Below, piece after piece: positions 48,906 through 58,258 of a DNA stretch of 64,000 nucleotides. Made by a program: the position numbers and the translations under genes. This DNA comes from a virus. Under the pieces are notes generated by a model. The model did no database searches. It saw only the letters and a program-made list of their open reading frames with translations, and was not told the DNA's origin. The stretch is taken from the IMG/VR virus record IMGVR_UViG_3300028920_000037, positions 64,001 through 128,000 of that record; one strand, 5' to 3'. The stretch's first letter is position 1; each line of letters starts with the position of its first letter.

Positions 48906-49309
48906 GGTGTCTTATGCTACTTTGGTGGAAGAAGTTTTGGGTTGACGCCAAGAAGTACTGGCAGTTGATTGCGCTTGGGTTGGGTCTCGTCGTCACGATG
49001 CTTTTGCTACGCACTCAGCGTACGAACTTTGCTGATAGGCTTAAGGAGATCAACGACGCCCACAAGGACGAGGTCGACCGGATCAACACCATCCGTGACA
49101 CCGAACGCAAAAGGTACGAAGAGAATAGGGTCGAGCTCGAAAAGAAGCTGACAAGCATCAAACGCCAGTACGAAAAGAGGATCGCCGAGCTCGACGTGAA
49201 GACGCAGCAACGTGCTGAACAGATCCTCAAAGAAAACGAATCAGATCCAGACAGGCTTGCTGCAAAACTGTCGCAGGTACTTGGGTTCGAGATCGAAACA
49301 GGAGGTTGA
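48902..49309 (+). CDS. N-anchored coiled-coil membrane protein (i-spanin-like)
   Basis: Single N-terminal TM followed by a long coiled coil. Confidence 0.5.
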   Translation: MRCLMLLWWKKFWVDAKKYWQLIALGLGLVVTMLLLRTQRTNFADRLKEINDAHKDEVDRINTIRDTERKRYEENRVELEKKLTSIKRQYEKRIAELDVKTQQRAEQILKENESDPDRLAAKLSQVLGFEIETGG

Positions 49310-49310
49310 A

Positions 49311-49784
49311 GTGAAGAAGTTTATCGCTGCTGTACTGATTGCGTTGACGTTGCTGTCACCTGCGACGGCATTCGCCGATCCACCCGTCCAACCACCGGGA
49401 AAGATCGCCCCACTACATGAAACAGACCCCGCACCGTTCGACGGCGTGTTGTTTTCTGCAGAAGCTGTGGCGTGGGTCGCCGCACAGTCAGAATCATTTG
49501 AGGAACGCGTTCAGATCGAACGTCAGGATGCGACCGCTCAGGCCACAGCACACTGCGACCGCAGGATCGCTGATGCTGATGCCAGATCTGAGGCGGACCG
49601 CGCAACGATGCAGGCGCAGCTGGACGCCCAACAGGCCCGACTCGAGACGATGGAACGGGCGCTTCGAGACGAAGAAAAGAAGCGCAAACCCGGTACGATT
49701 GCGCTCTGGACATCACTTGGCACCGGCGGAGGTATCCTACTTACGCTGGGAACCATCTTTCTGGTAAACCAGGCGACCAAGTGA
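49311..49784 (+). CDS. secreted coiled-coil protein with C-terminal TM (spanin-like)
   Basis: Signal peptide MKKFIAAVL...AFA, coiled coil, C-terminal hydrophobic helix. GGAGG RBS. Confidence 0.5.
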   Translation: MKKFIAAVLIALTLLSPATAFADPPVQPPGKIAPLHETDPAPFDGVLFSAEAVAWVAAQSESFEERVQIERQDATAQATAHCDRRIADADARSEADRATMQAQLDAQQARLETMERALRDEEKKRKPGTIALWTSLGTGGGILLTLGTIFLVNQATK

Positions 49785-49817
49785 GCCAGTGCTGCCTATT
49801 TAGACCTGAGGCAGCAC

Positions 49818-50138
49818 ATGTCTGAAGAAACAAAAGAAGAGACGGCAGTCGTTCCTGCCGACGAAGTAAAAGTGCCAGACACCTGGTTCTGGATCCGTGA
49901 CAGCAAGGGCTACGGCTCGGTTACAGTCACGTTCGTCACGATCGCGTTCTGGGTTACGACCCTCGCATACGTGGCGTCGATCTTTTCGAAGATCGGGCCC
50001 GTTGAGATCAGGCCTTTCGATGTCGCTGCGTGCAGCGCGTACTTCATCCCAATTTTGACCCTATACTTCGGTCGCAAGTTCACTGAAGCGAAGTGGGGAC
50101 ACGGTCCAGGGCCAGGGAGCACCAACAAGGCAGAGTGA
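49818..50138 (+). CDS. two-TM membrane protein (holin-like)
   Basis: Two TM helices ending LYFGRK. TATTTA upstream. Confidence 0.5.
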   Translation: MSEETKEETAVVPADEVKVPDTWFWIRDSKGYGSVTVTFVTIAFWVTTLAYVASIFSKIGPVEIRPFDVAACSAYFIPILTLYFGRKFTEAKWGHGPGPGSTNKAE

Positions 50139-51226
50139 TGCACGGGATCACGGTCACTGAGGGTGCGATCAGAAAACTCGTCAGGAAGGCGCTTAATGGA
50201 ACACAACGGCTTGCTGAGATGGGTGGACTACAACCTCAGGAACCAGTCAGGGTCGTCAATGTTGTCGACCCTCAGGCTGCAGAAACAGACCCAAAGAATC
50301 CGAGGTACCTTCCTCAAGATAAGGTAGAATTTACTGTAGCGATACGCCAGCTCCTGGATGCAAACCCAGAGGCTGACTACCAAGAGATTTTCCGAATCGT
50401 CAAGATGAAGCTCGACGACGATGAGGGCGGAGGAGAAACAATGAACGTCAAGGAACAGGTGGAGGCAGCTCTTCGCAGGAAGGTTCGAGCTGTCATCAAG
50501 GAGGCGATGCCGGCGTACGCGCGAGGCGGCCAGTACGGTCAGGAAGACTTCGAACGCGACAAGGCGTGGTTGCAGCGTAAGTTTGGAGAAGAGGAAGAGC
50601 CTGAAGGCAAGGACAACTACACGCCGAAACGTGTCCGCGGAAGCAAAAATAACGACGAACAAGCGTCACAGATCATTCGGGTGCTGAACTCTGAGTTCGG
50701 CATCGATATGAAGGGTTCGCAGTTCCAGTCGTTCGACAAAGCAACGAAGCTTCGTTGGTTTGCGACTGCGTACATCTCGGAACACGATCCTCGGTTCCTG
50801 GAACGCACAGTCGCCGACTACATCGAAGCGCTCGAAGAGGCCGCGGATGAGTCGGGCGTCCTAGACGATACACTCATCGAGGAATTGAAGGACCTTGAGA
50901 GGGAACTGCTGAAGAATCCGTCGATCTCTGATGCGTTCTCAGAGTACCTCCAACAAGAGGTCCAGACGACGATCAACTCGATGGATCCAGAGCAGTACAA
51001 GACGTTCATGGGTCTAGCACAGCTCGCGTTCGACGATGTACCAGGCGGCATCATGAAGTTTGGTGCCGGCGGCGCTGAGAAGCCAGAGGATGTACGTACC
51101 TGGGCAGCTCGTCGTCAATCGAGCAAGCAGTTCACAGGAGGCGGAGATCCGAAGACCGGTGGCGGAAGCGCAGTTGACAGATTCAGAGCGGCCGTTGATC
51201 ATCCGGCGGTCCCACCAGAGAAGTAG
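50138..51226 (+). CDS. hypothetical protein with two LRxxVR-like peptides
   Basis: VTEGAIRKLVRKAL and EAALRRKVRAVIKE. Confidence 0.65.
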   Translation: MHGITVTEGAIRKLVRKALNGTQRLAEMGGLQPQEPVRVVNVVDPQAAETDPKNPRYLPQDKVEFTVAIRQLLDANPEADYQEIFRIVKMKLDDDEGGGETMNVKEQVEAALRRKVRAVIKEAMPAYARGGQYGQEDFERDKAWLQRKFGEEEEPEGKDNYTPKRVRGSKNNDEQASQIIRVLNSEFGIDMKGSQFQSFDKATKLRWFATAYISEHDPRFLERTVADYIEALEEAADESGVLDDTLIEELKDLERELLKNPSISDAFSEYLQQEVQTTINSMDPEQYKTFMGLAQLAFDDVPGGIMKFGAGGAEKPEDVRTWAARRQSSKQFTGGGDPKTGGGSAVDRFRAAVDHPAVPPEK

Positions 51227-51242
51227 GTGATTTTTCACCTGG

Positions 51243-51677
51243 ATGCAAGACGAGGGATCTATGGGCGTGTTGTTGGAGATGCATGAGCGGCTCGCTTCCG
51301 ACGTAGGAAGCACAATAGCACCCAGGTTTCCAGTCGTTCCACAGAATCCTTCTGCGCCTGTTGTGAAGACGAACAGGTGGATCGTCTCTCGTGATGATGT
51401 CATGGGCGGTGTTCAGAAGCTCAGCAAGACGTACGACTTTGATGATTCGTTCCAACGAAACATGTTTGTCAGTGAGCTGTTTTCGTACGAAGAACGTACG
51501 CAGCACCGTGCAGACATCTCCATCAGGAACAACGAAGACTCTCCAATGTTCACGGTCGCTGTGACGCTGTGGACGAGAAACATCGGCCAGGTGACAAACC
51601 TCGACAAGGAATACGCAGCCTACGCTGATTCCATTTACCGCGAGGTGATGTACAATCTAATGAATGAATCGATCTGA
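51243..51677 (+). CDS. pterin-4a-carbinolamine dehydratase-like protein
   Basis: W.......L.KTY.F, F.......E..QH.ADI, V.V.LWT.....VT.LD...A...D. Confidence 0.65.
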   Translation: MQDEGSMGVLLEMHERLASDVGSTIAPRFPVVPQNPSAPVVKTNRWIVSRDDVMGGVQKLSKTYDFDDSFQRNMFVSELFSYEERTQHRADISIRNNEDSPMFTVAVTLWTRNIGQVTNLDKEYAAYADSIYREVMYNLMNESI

Positions 51678-52104
51678 AGTTAGGCCTGATGCCGATTCGT
51701 CGCTCCTCATGTCGCAGGAACTGTACGACGAGATCGACCTAGAGGATGGAGCGAAGGAGCTCATCCAGGCGCGGTCGAAGATCATCGTCCTGAAGATCAA
51801 GACGAAGGACGGCAAGAACGACCTTGTTCTTGCTCCACTTCGTGGTATGGGGTCCGCAATCGAGGACGAGCTGCTTACGCTCGAGCTCGAGCTTCCAGAG
51901 GCCCAGGCTCTCGAGTTCCTCCTTGACATTCGTAGCGGTGGGACAGGTATTTACGGGATCGACATGCACTGGCGTCAGGATGTTGTCACGATCCTTAAGG
52001 AGAGCGACGAACGCTACAGTATACAGAAGGTGAACATCTACGATGTCTCTGTAGAATCAGAGGCATCTACGTTGGTCATCGTGCTCAATGATGCGTTTCA
52101 TTGA
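51664..52104 (+). CDS. hypothetical protein
   Basis: Packed ORF. Confidence 0.55.
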   Translation: MNRSEVRPDADSSLLMSQELYDEIDLEDGAKELIQARSKIIVLKIKTKDGKNDLVLAPLRGMGSAIEDELLTLELELPEAQALEFLLDIRSGGTGIYGIDMHWRQDVVTILKESDERYSIQKVNIYDVSVESEASTLVIVLNDAFH

Positions 52105-52135
52105 AGGTCGGCCTATTTAGAGATCACGGGTCATC

Positions 52136-52336
52136 ATGTTAGAAGAAGGTACACAGTTTGATAAGTTCATGGACGATATCCTCATAAAAGAGGCTCGTCA
52201 GGTCAAGCGCGATGCAAAGGAAGAGGAACTACCTCTACATGTCAGAGCAAACGGTCTTCGTCGCGAGAATCCAGGTCACCTGATCAGGTACGGTGGAACA
52301 TTCTCCAGGCATCCTGGGATCAGGTACAGAGGGTGA
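52136..52336 (+). CDS. hypothetical protein
   Basis: TATTTA at 52114. Confidence 0.55.
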   Translation: MLEEGTQFDKFMDDILIKEARQVKRDAKEEELPLHVRANGLRRENPGHLIRYGGTFSRHPGIRYRG

Positions 52337-52878
52337 ACCGAGTGGAACTCAGAACGGCAAAATCGATCGAGCAATTCATCGATGGGATCACTACGTCTGT
52401 GCTGCGGCATCGGCTACGGGAAGGTCTAGACGATGACCTAAAGGTCATTAAGCCCGACGTAAAGAAGGACCCCAACACCGCGAATGTCAGCGGACAGGCA
52501 AAGACTGTCGGCGATGAGCGCGACGGTGAGATCATGTCTCAGGGAGACGTTGAGGTCGGTGACATCATCGAAAAGCTCAACGCAATCAGGGCAGGACGTT
52601 CGGTCCGCAACCCGGCCATCGCTCAGGAGCTCGAAACGTACTTTGGCGACCTCGACGCTGAAGAGAGGATCGCCTTGTTTGCGTATTTGAAGGGAATCGC
52701 TGAAGTCGTAAGTGGCGAGCATCCTGGTAAGAGTGCCGAAGAACCCAGCGATCCAGACCCTAGGATCGAAATGGACCGCGAAGGTGGATCGTCTGACAAG
52801 GCCCGGGTGACAGTCAAGTCAGGAGGCGGGGGCGAAGATACGTCTCCTCCTGTGCCTATTGCGGTGAAAAATCGATAG
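52333..52878 (+). CDS. hypothetical protein
   Basis: LNAIRAGRS motif. Packed ORF. Confidence 0.65.
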   Translation: MNRVELRTAKSIEQFIDGITTSVLRHRLREGLDDDLKVIKPDVKKDPNTANVSGQAKTVGDERDGEIMSQGDVEVGDIIEKLNAIRAGRSVRNPAIAQELETYFGDLDAEERIALFAYLKGIAEVVSGEHPGKSAEEPSDPDPRIEMDREGGSSDKARVTVKSGGGGEDTSPPVPIAVKNR

Positions 52879-52900
52879 CTTGGAAAGTAGAATGGTAGAA

Positions 52901-53107
52901 ATGGAAGCTAGAAAGATCAACCTGCCAAAGGGTGAGACGCTCGAAATCGAGATGGATCCAAAGTTCTTGAGCTATGTGGCCCGGCATTTTGGTCTTCCTG
53001 GGACTTCTGCTGTGAAGGATGATCACATCCGAATGTTCATCTGGGGAGCCACCAAGAATGCCATCGACAAGTCCGAAAAACAGCAAGCGATCGCCCATGT
53101 CAGGTAG
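52901..53107 (+). CDS. hypothetical protein
   Basis: Starts 8 nt after TAGAAT. Confidence 0.55.
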   Translation: MEARKINLPKGETLEIEMDPKFLSYVARHFGLPGTSAVKDDHIRMFIWGATKNAIDKSEKQQAIAHVR

Positions 53108-54335
53108 TCGAACAAAGACAAGCATCGATCACATCTACTGCAATTCAACCCTCACGCTTCAGGACGTGAAGGACATCACATGGCTCGCCTTACGAGGCAA
53201 GCTCAATACTCCGACGGAGAAGGTTGATGGAAGCAACTTGTATGTGACGTACGACGGACACGCTGTCTACGTTGCACGCAGGAAGCAAGATATCATCGAT
53301 GGAGGGCTTGATTCATCGAGGATCAATGAGTTGTACAAGGACCACCCGAAGGTCCGAGACGCGTTTCTCCACGCGATGGAAACAGTCGAGCTTGCGATCA
53401 AACGACTCTTACCAAGGTTCATTGGGCACCTCACCGAGGACGTCTTTGCAAACGGTGATCGTTGGTTATCGATCGAGGTCGTCTATCCCAACCTAGATCA
53501 CATCATTGCATACGACAAGAACTGCGTGATCGTACATCGCACTCCAACGCTTTTCTTCTATGACGGTGAGGTCGTAGTTGAGGACAGCAATATGAGCGCG
53601 TTGAACCTGCTGTTGAACATGCTGTACGACGAAGAAGAACGTAGCTTTGACATGTTCCAAGTTGAGAACGGATGGTTCTTCTCAGGACCGTTGATCGCCG
53701 AGCTCACCGACCTGGGCGAAGAGCTTGCGAGCTCATACACAGACGGGTTGGACGCAGCGATGCGTATCGTCGGTGCAACGAACGACGATACGATCAAGGA
53801 TTTCATCATCGCTTGCGCGACAAACACGATCAAGAAGACGATCGTCAACGACGAAGCAGTCGCTCGCAAGGTTGCAGAACGCTTCGCAGGGTTCCCAGGC
53901 GGCCCGAACGTACGTGCGTTGAAGAAGCTGTTCGAGGAGAAGGGCTACGATCCAAACGTCATCGATGAGCTCAGGGCGAATCAGAACGACGTCGCTCGTA
54001 TGTTCAGGGCAACGCTTGAGCTGTTCGTCCACGCGGTTGCGCTCGAAGTCCTGAGCCACGTCAAGCCGTCACTAAAGTCGAACGTTGACTCTGTCAAGCG
54101 CACCCTTCTCAAGGTCATCGAAAGGCTGACAGCAGCCCCACGTGGTACCATCGTTGCCCTCACGCGGCAGCTAGAAAAATTGGGACCCATCGAGGGTATT
54201 GTTCCCCTTGAGGGCATCGTATTTTTCTACAATGGTCACCAGTATAAGCTCACTGGGAACTTTGCTCCTGCGAACCAGATCATGAACATTTACCGTCGAG
54301 CCGTTAGGGAAGGCTACGTCCAGGCGCTCGCGTAG
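53097..54335 (+). CDS. ligase-fold (covalent nucleotidyltransferase) protein
   Basis: TEKVDG (motif I), EGIV (IV), YKLTG.FAP.NQI (V). Confidence 0.65.
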   Translation: MSGSRTKTSIDHIYCNSTLTLQDVKDITWLALRGKLNTPTEKVDGSNLYVTYDGHAVYVARRKQDIIDGGLDSSRINELYKDHPKVRDAFLHAMETVELAIKRLLPRFIGHLTEDVFANGDRWLSIEVVYPNLDHIIAYDKNCVIVHRTPTLFFYDGEVVVEDSNMSALNLLLNMLYDEEERSFDMFQVENGWFFSGPLIAELTDLGEELASSYTDGLDAAMRIVGATNDDTIKDFIIACATNTIKKTIVNDEAVARKVAERFAGFPGGPNVRALKKLFEEKGYDPNVIDELRANQNDVARMFRATLELFVHAVALEVLSHVKPSLKSNVDSVKRTLLKVIERLTAAPRGTIVALTRQLEKLGPIEGIVPLEGIVFFYNGHQYKLTGNFAPANQIMNIYRRAVREGYVQALA

Positions 54336-54348
54336 CAAGGAGTGAAAC

Positions 54349-55203
54349 ATGGGCGGAAATGCTTTCGGGAGCGTGTCATCGATTGACGTTGACACGCTCC
54401 GCGAGGAGTACAGGCGCATCGTCATCTTCCTCGAAGGCCATGGATTCAGTAACGTAAATGCGATCGGTTCGACGTTCAAAAAGGACGTCATGAGCGACGT
54501 AGACGTTGTTGCCGAGTTCGATGGAACGCGTGACGATGCGTACGCCGAGCTCCTCAAAGACATGTCCGAAGATCAGCTTCGTCGCATCGGATCGAACATC
54601 GTTAGCATCGCTTGGCAGCGCGCCGATGAGAAGTGGGTTCAGGTTGACATCGTTGTTGGAAATGTTGATCTTGTCAAATGGACAAGGTTCGGACCCTTCG
54701 ACTCGAACTTCAAGGGCACGATGCGTCAGGTTTTCCTGTCTGCGATCCTTACAGCAATGTCTGAGAGGGACTTTGGTAAGGAGTGGACGGATGATCACCG
54801 TATGAAGTACGTGCTCGATCTCGACAACGGAATGTTCAAGGTCGTTCAGACAAAGCGCGGCGTCCGCGGAGGTATGCTTCGTAAGTGGAAGACGATCAAA
54901 CGTGAGTTGGTGTCTCGCTCTCCTCGAGACATTGTTAGGATCGTCTTTCACGGTGGCGTGATGCCCGAGGATGTGTTATCCTTTGAAAGTGCTGTTTACG
55001 AATCCAAAAAGTCTGCCCAGCTGCGACCCATCGAGACAAGGATTGTTGAGATCTTTTGTGAGGATGTGGATGAAATTGCGAAAAAACAACCCTTGCGTAT
55101 CGCAAGGACACGGAACGATGCACTTGCTCAGGCTTTCGTTGCAAAACAGCTATTGAAGGACTCTATCATGAAAAAACCAAGTTCGGTCGGAGGTTCACAG
55201 TGA
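54349..55203 (+). CDS. Pol-beta-type nucleotidyltransferase
   Basis: MGGNAF start, IGST..K....DVDVV, VQVD. Confidence 0.7.
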   Translation: MGGNAFGSVSSIDVDTLREEYRRIVIFLEGHGFSNVNAIGSTFKKDVMSDVDVVAEFDGTRDDAYAELLKDMSEDQLRRIGSNIVSIAWQRADEKWVQVDIVVGNVDLVKWTRFGPFDSNFKGTMRQVFLSAILTAMSERDFGKEWTDDHRMKYVLDLDNGMFKVVQTKRGVRGGMLRKWKTIKRELVSRSPRDIVRIVFHGGVMPEDVLSFESAVYESKKSAQLRPIETRIVEIFCEDVDEIAKKQPLRIARTRNDALAQAFVAKQLLKDSIMKKPSSVGGSQ

Positions 55204-55475
55204 ACGCTAAATGTCCACTCTGCAATGCTACCCTCTACAACGAGCGTCGCAAAGAACATCATTCCATCGATTACCAGGCACCCGCGTTGGCGGTCAGTTG
55301 GATTTGTGCTGGTTGTGGAGTCGAGGTCACCGCTCAGCGCGGTTGCGTTCCTTGTTCGCAACTTCCACCAACAATCGTAGCTGCGGCGAAACGCCCAGGT
55401 GAGTTAGGCGACAGGGGTAGCAAATGGCCAGCTGTGTGGTTTGAGGAGAGAGGTGACCTGCATGGACCATTTTAG
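55200..55475 (+). CDS. small zinc-ribbon protein
   Basis: CPLC...CAGC. Confidence 0.45.
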   Translation: MNAKCPLCNATLYNERRKEHHSIDYQAPALAVSWICAGCGVEVTAQRGCVPCSQLPPTIVAAAKRPGELGDRGSKWPAVWFEERGDLHGPF

Positions 55476-55496
55476 GCAACCTTATGGAGGTAACAG

Positions 55497-57398
55497 GTGA
55501 TAGTCGATAAAAAGGTTATACCTCAACTCGATTTTTCGGTCTACAAACCAAAAGAAGAGTACTTCAAGGCGTATGCTGAGCTCGGCAAGGCACAGGCGGC
55601 CCGGCAGCTGATCGGTGAGATCAAGTTTGCGTATTTGAATGTCTATTCACACCTGAGGTCGACGTTCCTCGACGGCGAAGAGTTGAAGCCAAACGATGAG
55701 ATCATCACGAGGGTGTATTCTGGCAAACACCTCGTTATCTTGGACGATGACAAGCTCGTAAAGTACACAAACTTCCTGCGTGACAACTGGCCCAAGCGCG
55801 GAACCACGCTCGTGAACTCATCGTCAACGCTCTTTGACATCAAGAAGGCGGTTACGAGTTCGACAAGACGCGTCCCAGAATACAAGCAACACCCCAAGGC
55901 AGGTGAACCTGTCGTCTACAAGTCGACGAACAAGGCAAAGGGATACGTAAAAGGCGAGCAGCAGGTTGACAAGGATGGAAATCCAAAGTTCTATCCAATG
56001 AAGGTGAAGACAGGCTGGCGGTACGTGATCGACAGAAAAGCGATCCGTTTGTGGCTCGATATGTGGAGCCGACAGGAGGAACTCCTTGATGCTGAAGTCC
56101 ACAACAGGACTCACGCTGTAGATACTGTTGTCAAGGCGATCGACAAGTTTGAAGTGAATACCGGCAGCATCAAATTCGAACGCAACGCGTCGACGGATGT
56201 GAAGCCTCCGGACCCGCGAGCACACAGGTGGATCTCACTTGCCGGCCTTGTTCCACTGATGTGGTATGAGTGGCCGAAGGGCATCGACATCTACTCTGAC
56301 ACAAGGTTCAGATCGTCAGAATCGGGCATCGGCGCGGGAGAAAGGTGGCTTGGGTTCCTCCTCGGTGCACAGGTCCAGGGCCCAACAATTACGTTTGATC
56401 TCGCAGTTCCTGGAGAGGCAGGGTTCGACTCATGGGAGGTCAAGGAGTACGATGAAAAGATCAGAGTCGTCAGGTTGGGTTCGTGTGGCACTGATACCGT
56501 TGCCGCAATGGCCGATGATGTCTCTGACATCATCAGGCAGATTAAGAACATCGTCACTGCATACGATACGCTTAATATTCGCAGCGTCTATGGTCCCGAG
56601 ACGTGGTTGGGTAGGTTCGTTATAAGCCTCAACGACTATATCGATGAACGATACAAGAAGATCGTCATCCGCGGCGAGCTAGGCAACTCTGAGCTCCGTG
56701 AGCTGCAGTACGTAGCGAACGGCGTTGCCAAGATGTTCAGGTTGATCCACGAGAACCACGCTGTCTCAATAGACACCGTCAAGGTCAGAGAGCAGAGGAT
56801 CAACCTGACACCGTCACAGTACGCGCGGATGCTCTACCTCGTACACAGCGAAGAACCGATGGCGCTCTCGCACGATGAACGGATGTTCGCGTTTGGATCA
56901 TGCGTGGAACACGCATTGCTCAAGGGCGAGATGACATTCGACGACTACCTACATGAGTGGTTGTCTACGCTGAAGCCTAGCGATGCGTTCGGAAACGTCA
57001 AGGGTGTGTTCCTCGTCAACAAGAAGGGATTCATGCTCGTCCCGAACGACAGGTTGAACGATGTCTTCAGTTACTACAGGATGTCCCAAGGTCGTCGATT
57101 AAACTTCAAGGTGAACAACATCCCATCGCTGGATGAAGCGATACAGTTATCGAGCATGTTGCCGCTGTCTGGCATGTTTGAGTACCCGCCAGTAGACGTT
57201 GACAGCGGCATATTTGAAGGTATCGACGAATATGTACTCGCAGGAGGACCTCCAATGCCGTCCGAAGAGTCGCCTTGGTTTGAGCCTGAGTTTGTTTGGA
57301 CGATCCGAGAAGAGGATTTCGTCGTGCTGCCCTTCGACGATGAGACGTTGCTCTACGATCCACGCAGGTTCGTCAATGTTGATGCATTCTTGCATTGA
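55497..57398 (+). CDS. large hypothetical protein with possible PD-(D/E)xK nuclease core
   Basis: GAGE....FDL....WEVK. GGAGG RBS. Confidence 0.55.
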   Translation: MIVDKKVIPQLDFSVYKPKEEYFKAYAELGKAQAARQLIGEIKFAYLNVYSHLRSTFLDGEELKPNDEIITRVYSGKHLVILDDDKLVKYTNFLRDNWPKRGTTLVNSSSTLFDIKKAVTSSTRRVPEYKQHPKAGEPVVYKSTNKAKGYVKGEQQVDKDGNPKFYPMKVKTGWRYVIDRKAIRLWLDMWSRQEELLDAEVHNRTHAVDTVVKAIDKFEVNTGSIKFERNASTDVKPPDPRAHRWISLAGLVPLMWYEWPKGIDIYSDTRFRSSESGIGAGERWLGFLLGAQVQGPTITFDLAVPGEAGFDSWEVKEYDEKIRVVRLGSCGTDTVAAMADDVSDIIRQIKNIVTAYDTLNIRSVYGPETWLGRFVISLNDYIDERYKKIVIRGELGNSELRELQYVANGVAKMFRLIHENHAVSIDTVKVREQRINLTPSQYARMLYLVHSEEPMALSHDERMFAFGSCVEHALLKGEMTFDDYLHEWLSTLKPSDAFGNVKGVFLVNKKGFMLVPNDRLNDVFSYYRMSQGRRLNFKVNNIPSLDEAIQLSSMLPLSGMFEYPPVDVDSGIFEGIDEYVLAGGPPMPSEESPWFEPEFVWTIREEDFVVLPFDDETLLYDPRRFVNVDAFLH

Positions 57399-57957
57399 TG
57401 ACACGAGCGTGGAGCTTGCACCAGATCGCGTGCTTCTCGCTTTCGTTGAGCACATCAGGTAGGTTCGTTTTGAACGACGCCTCGTCGCTGTTCCACAGGA
57501 ACCGTCGCATCATCGTTCCAGAGATGTTGCTTGTCTCTGACCGCGGGACCCTGCGAACGCTGACGCGCTCGACGATGTCTGGTACGTAGCGCCTGAAGTG
57601 TTCTGTCGAAAATTTTTGTTCAACGTCGGTATCGTCACCTACGAAGATCAAGATCTCTAGGTCCTTGGATTCCAACGTGCCAAGCTCAGCTATGTTGCCG
57701 AGCGCGCTCCATGTTTTTCTGATGGGTGAAACCTCGCTGAGGTAAACGGTGACGTTTCCTGGGATGTGATGAAGGATGTACTCTTGCCAGATGTCCTCCA
57801 TGTCTCGTCCAAGGATCGTGTGTTCGCCACGCCGCACCCTATCGGTCGTGGAGACAAAGACGATGACGCTTTCACATTCTGTTGCGGCTGTAACAATCAG
57901 GTTGTGATGCCCACGTTGGTAGGGTTTTGCCGACATCGGTATAAGACCTAGCTTCAT
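57373..57957 (-). CDS. HIGH-motif nucleotidyl/cytidylyltransferase
   Basis: SAKPYQRGH, V.VS...R, ISGT.MR. Start reassigned to ATG 57957. Confidence 0.78.
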   Translation of the reverse strand: MKLGLIPMSAKPYQRGHHNLIVTAATECESVIVFVSTTDRVRRGEHTILGRDMEDIWQEYILHHIPGNVTVYLSEVSPIRKTWSALGNIAELGTLESKDLEILIFVGDDTDVEQKFSTEHFRRYVPDIVERVSVRRVPRSETSNISGTMMRRFLWNSDEASFKTNLPDVLNESEKHAIWCKLHARVINARMHQH

Positions 57958-57976
57958 GTGTTGTACTATACAACAG

Positions 57977-58258
57977 ATGGTTGAGCGCGACACACGAGTT
58001 GATGAAGAGATTATCGATGCAATGAATTTATTTTGCGGTTACGCCCCCTTCGTCAACTCGTGGATCGACGTCAAAAAGAACCTGCTGTTGTTGCTGCCGC
58101 CGAAGAAACGTTCGTTGTTCTCACGCAGGGACGAGAAAACAAAGCAGCAGATTCCCAACGCGATGGAATATGAACTGATGCAGATGTGGGCCGACCTCAC
58201 GGGTCGTCCGGTCATATTTACCAATGATGGACAACATGGACAGATCGATCCTACGTGA
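57977..58258 (+). CDS. hypothetical protein
   Basis: Starts 8 nt after TACTAT. Confidence 0.5.
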   Translation: MVERDTRVDEEIIDAMNLFCGYAPFVNSWIDVKKNLLLLLPPKKRSLFSRRDEKTKQQIPNAMEYELMQMWADLTGRPVIFTNDGQHGQIDPT

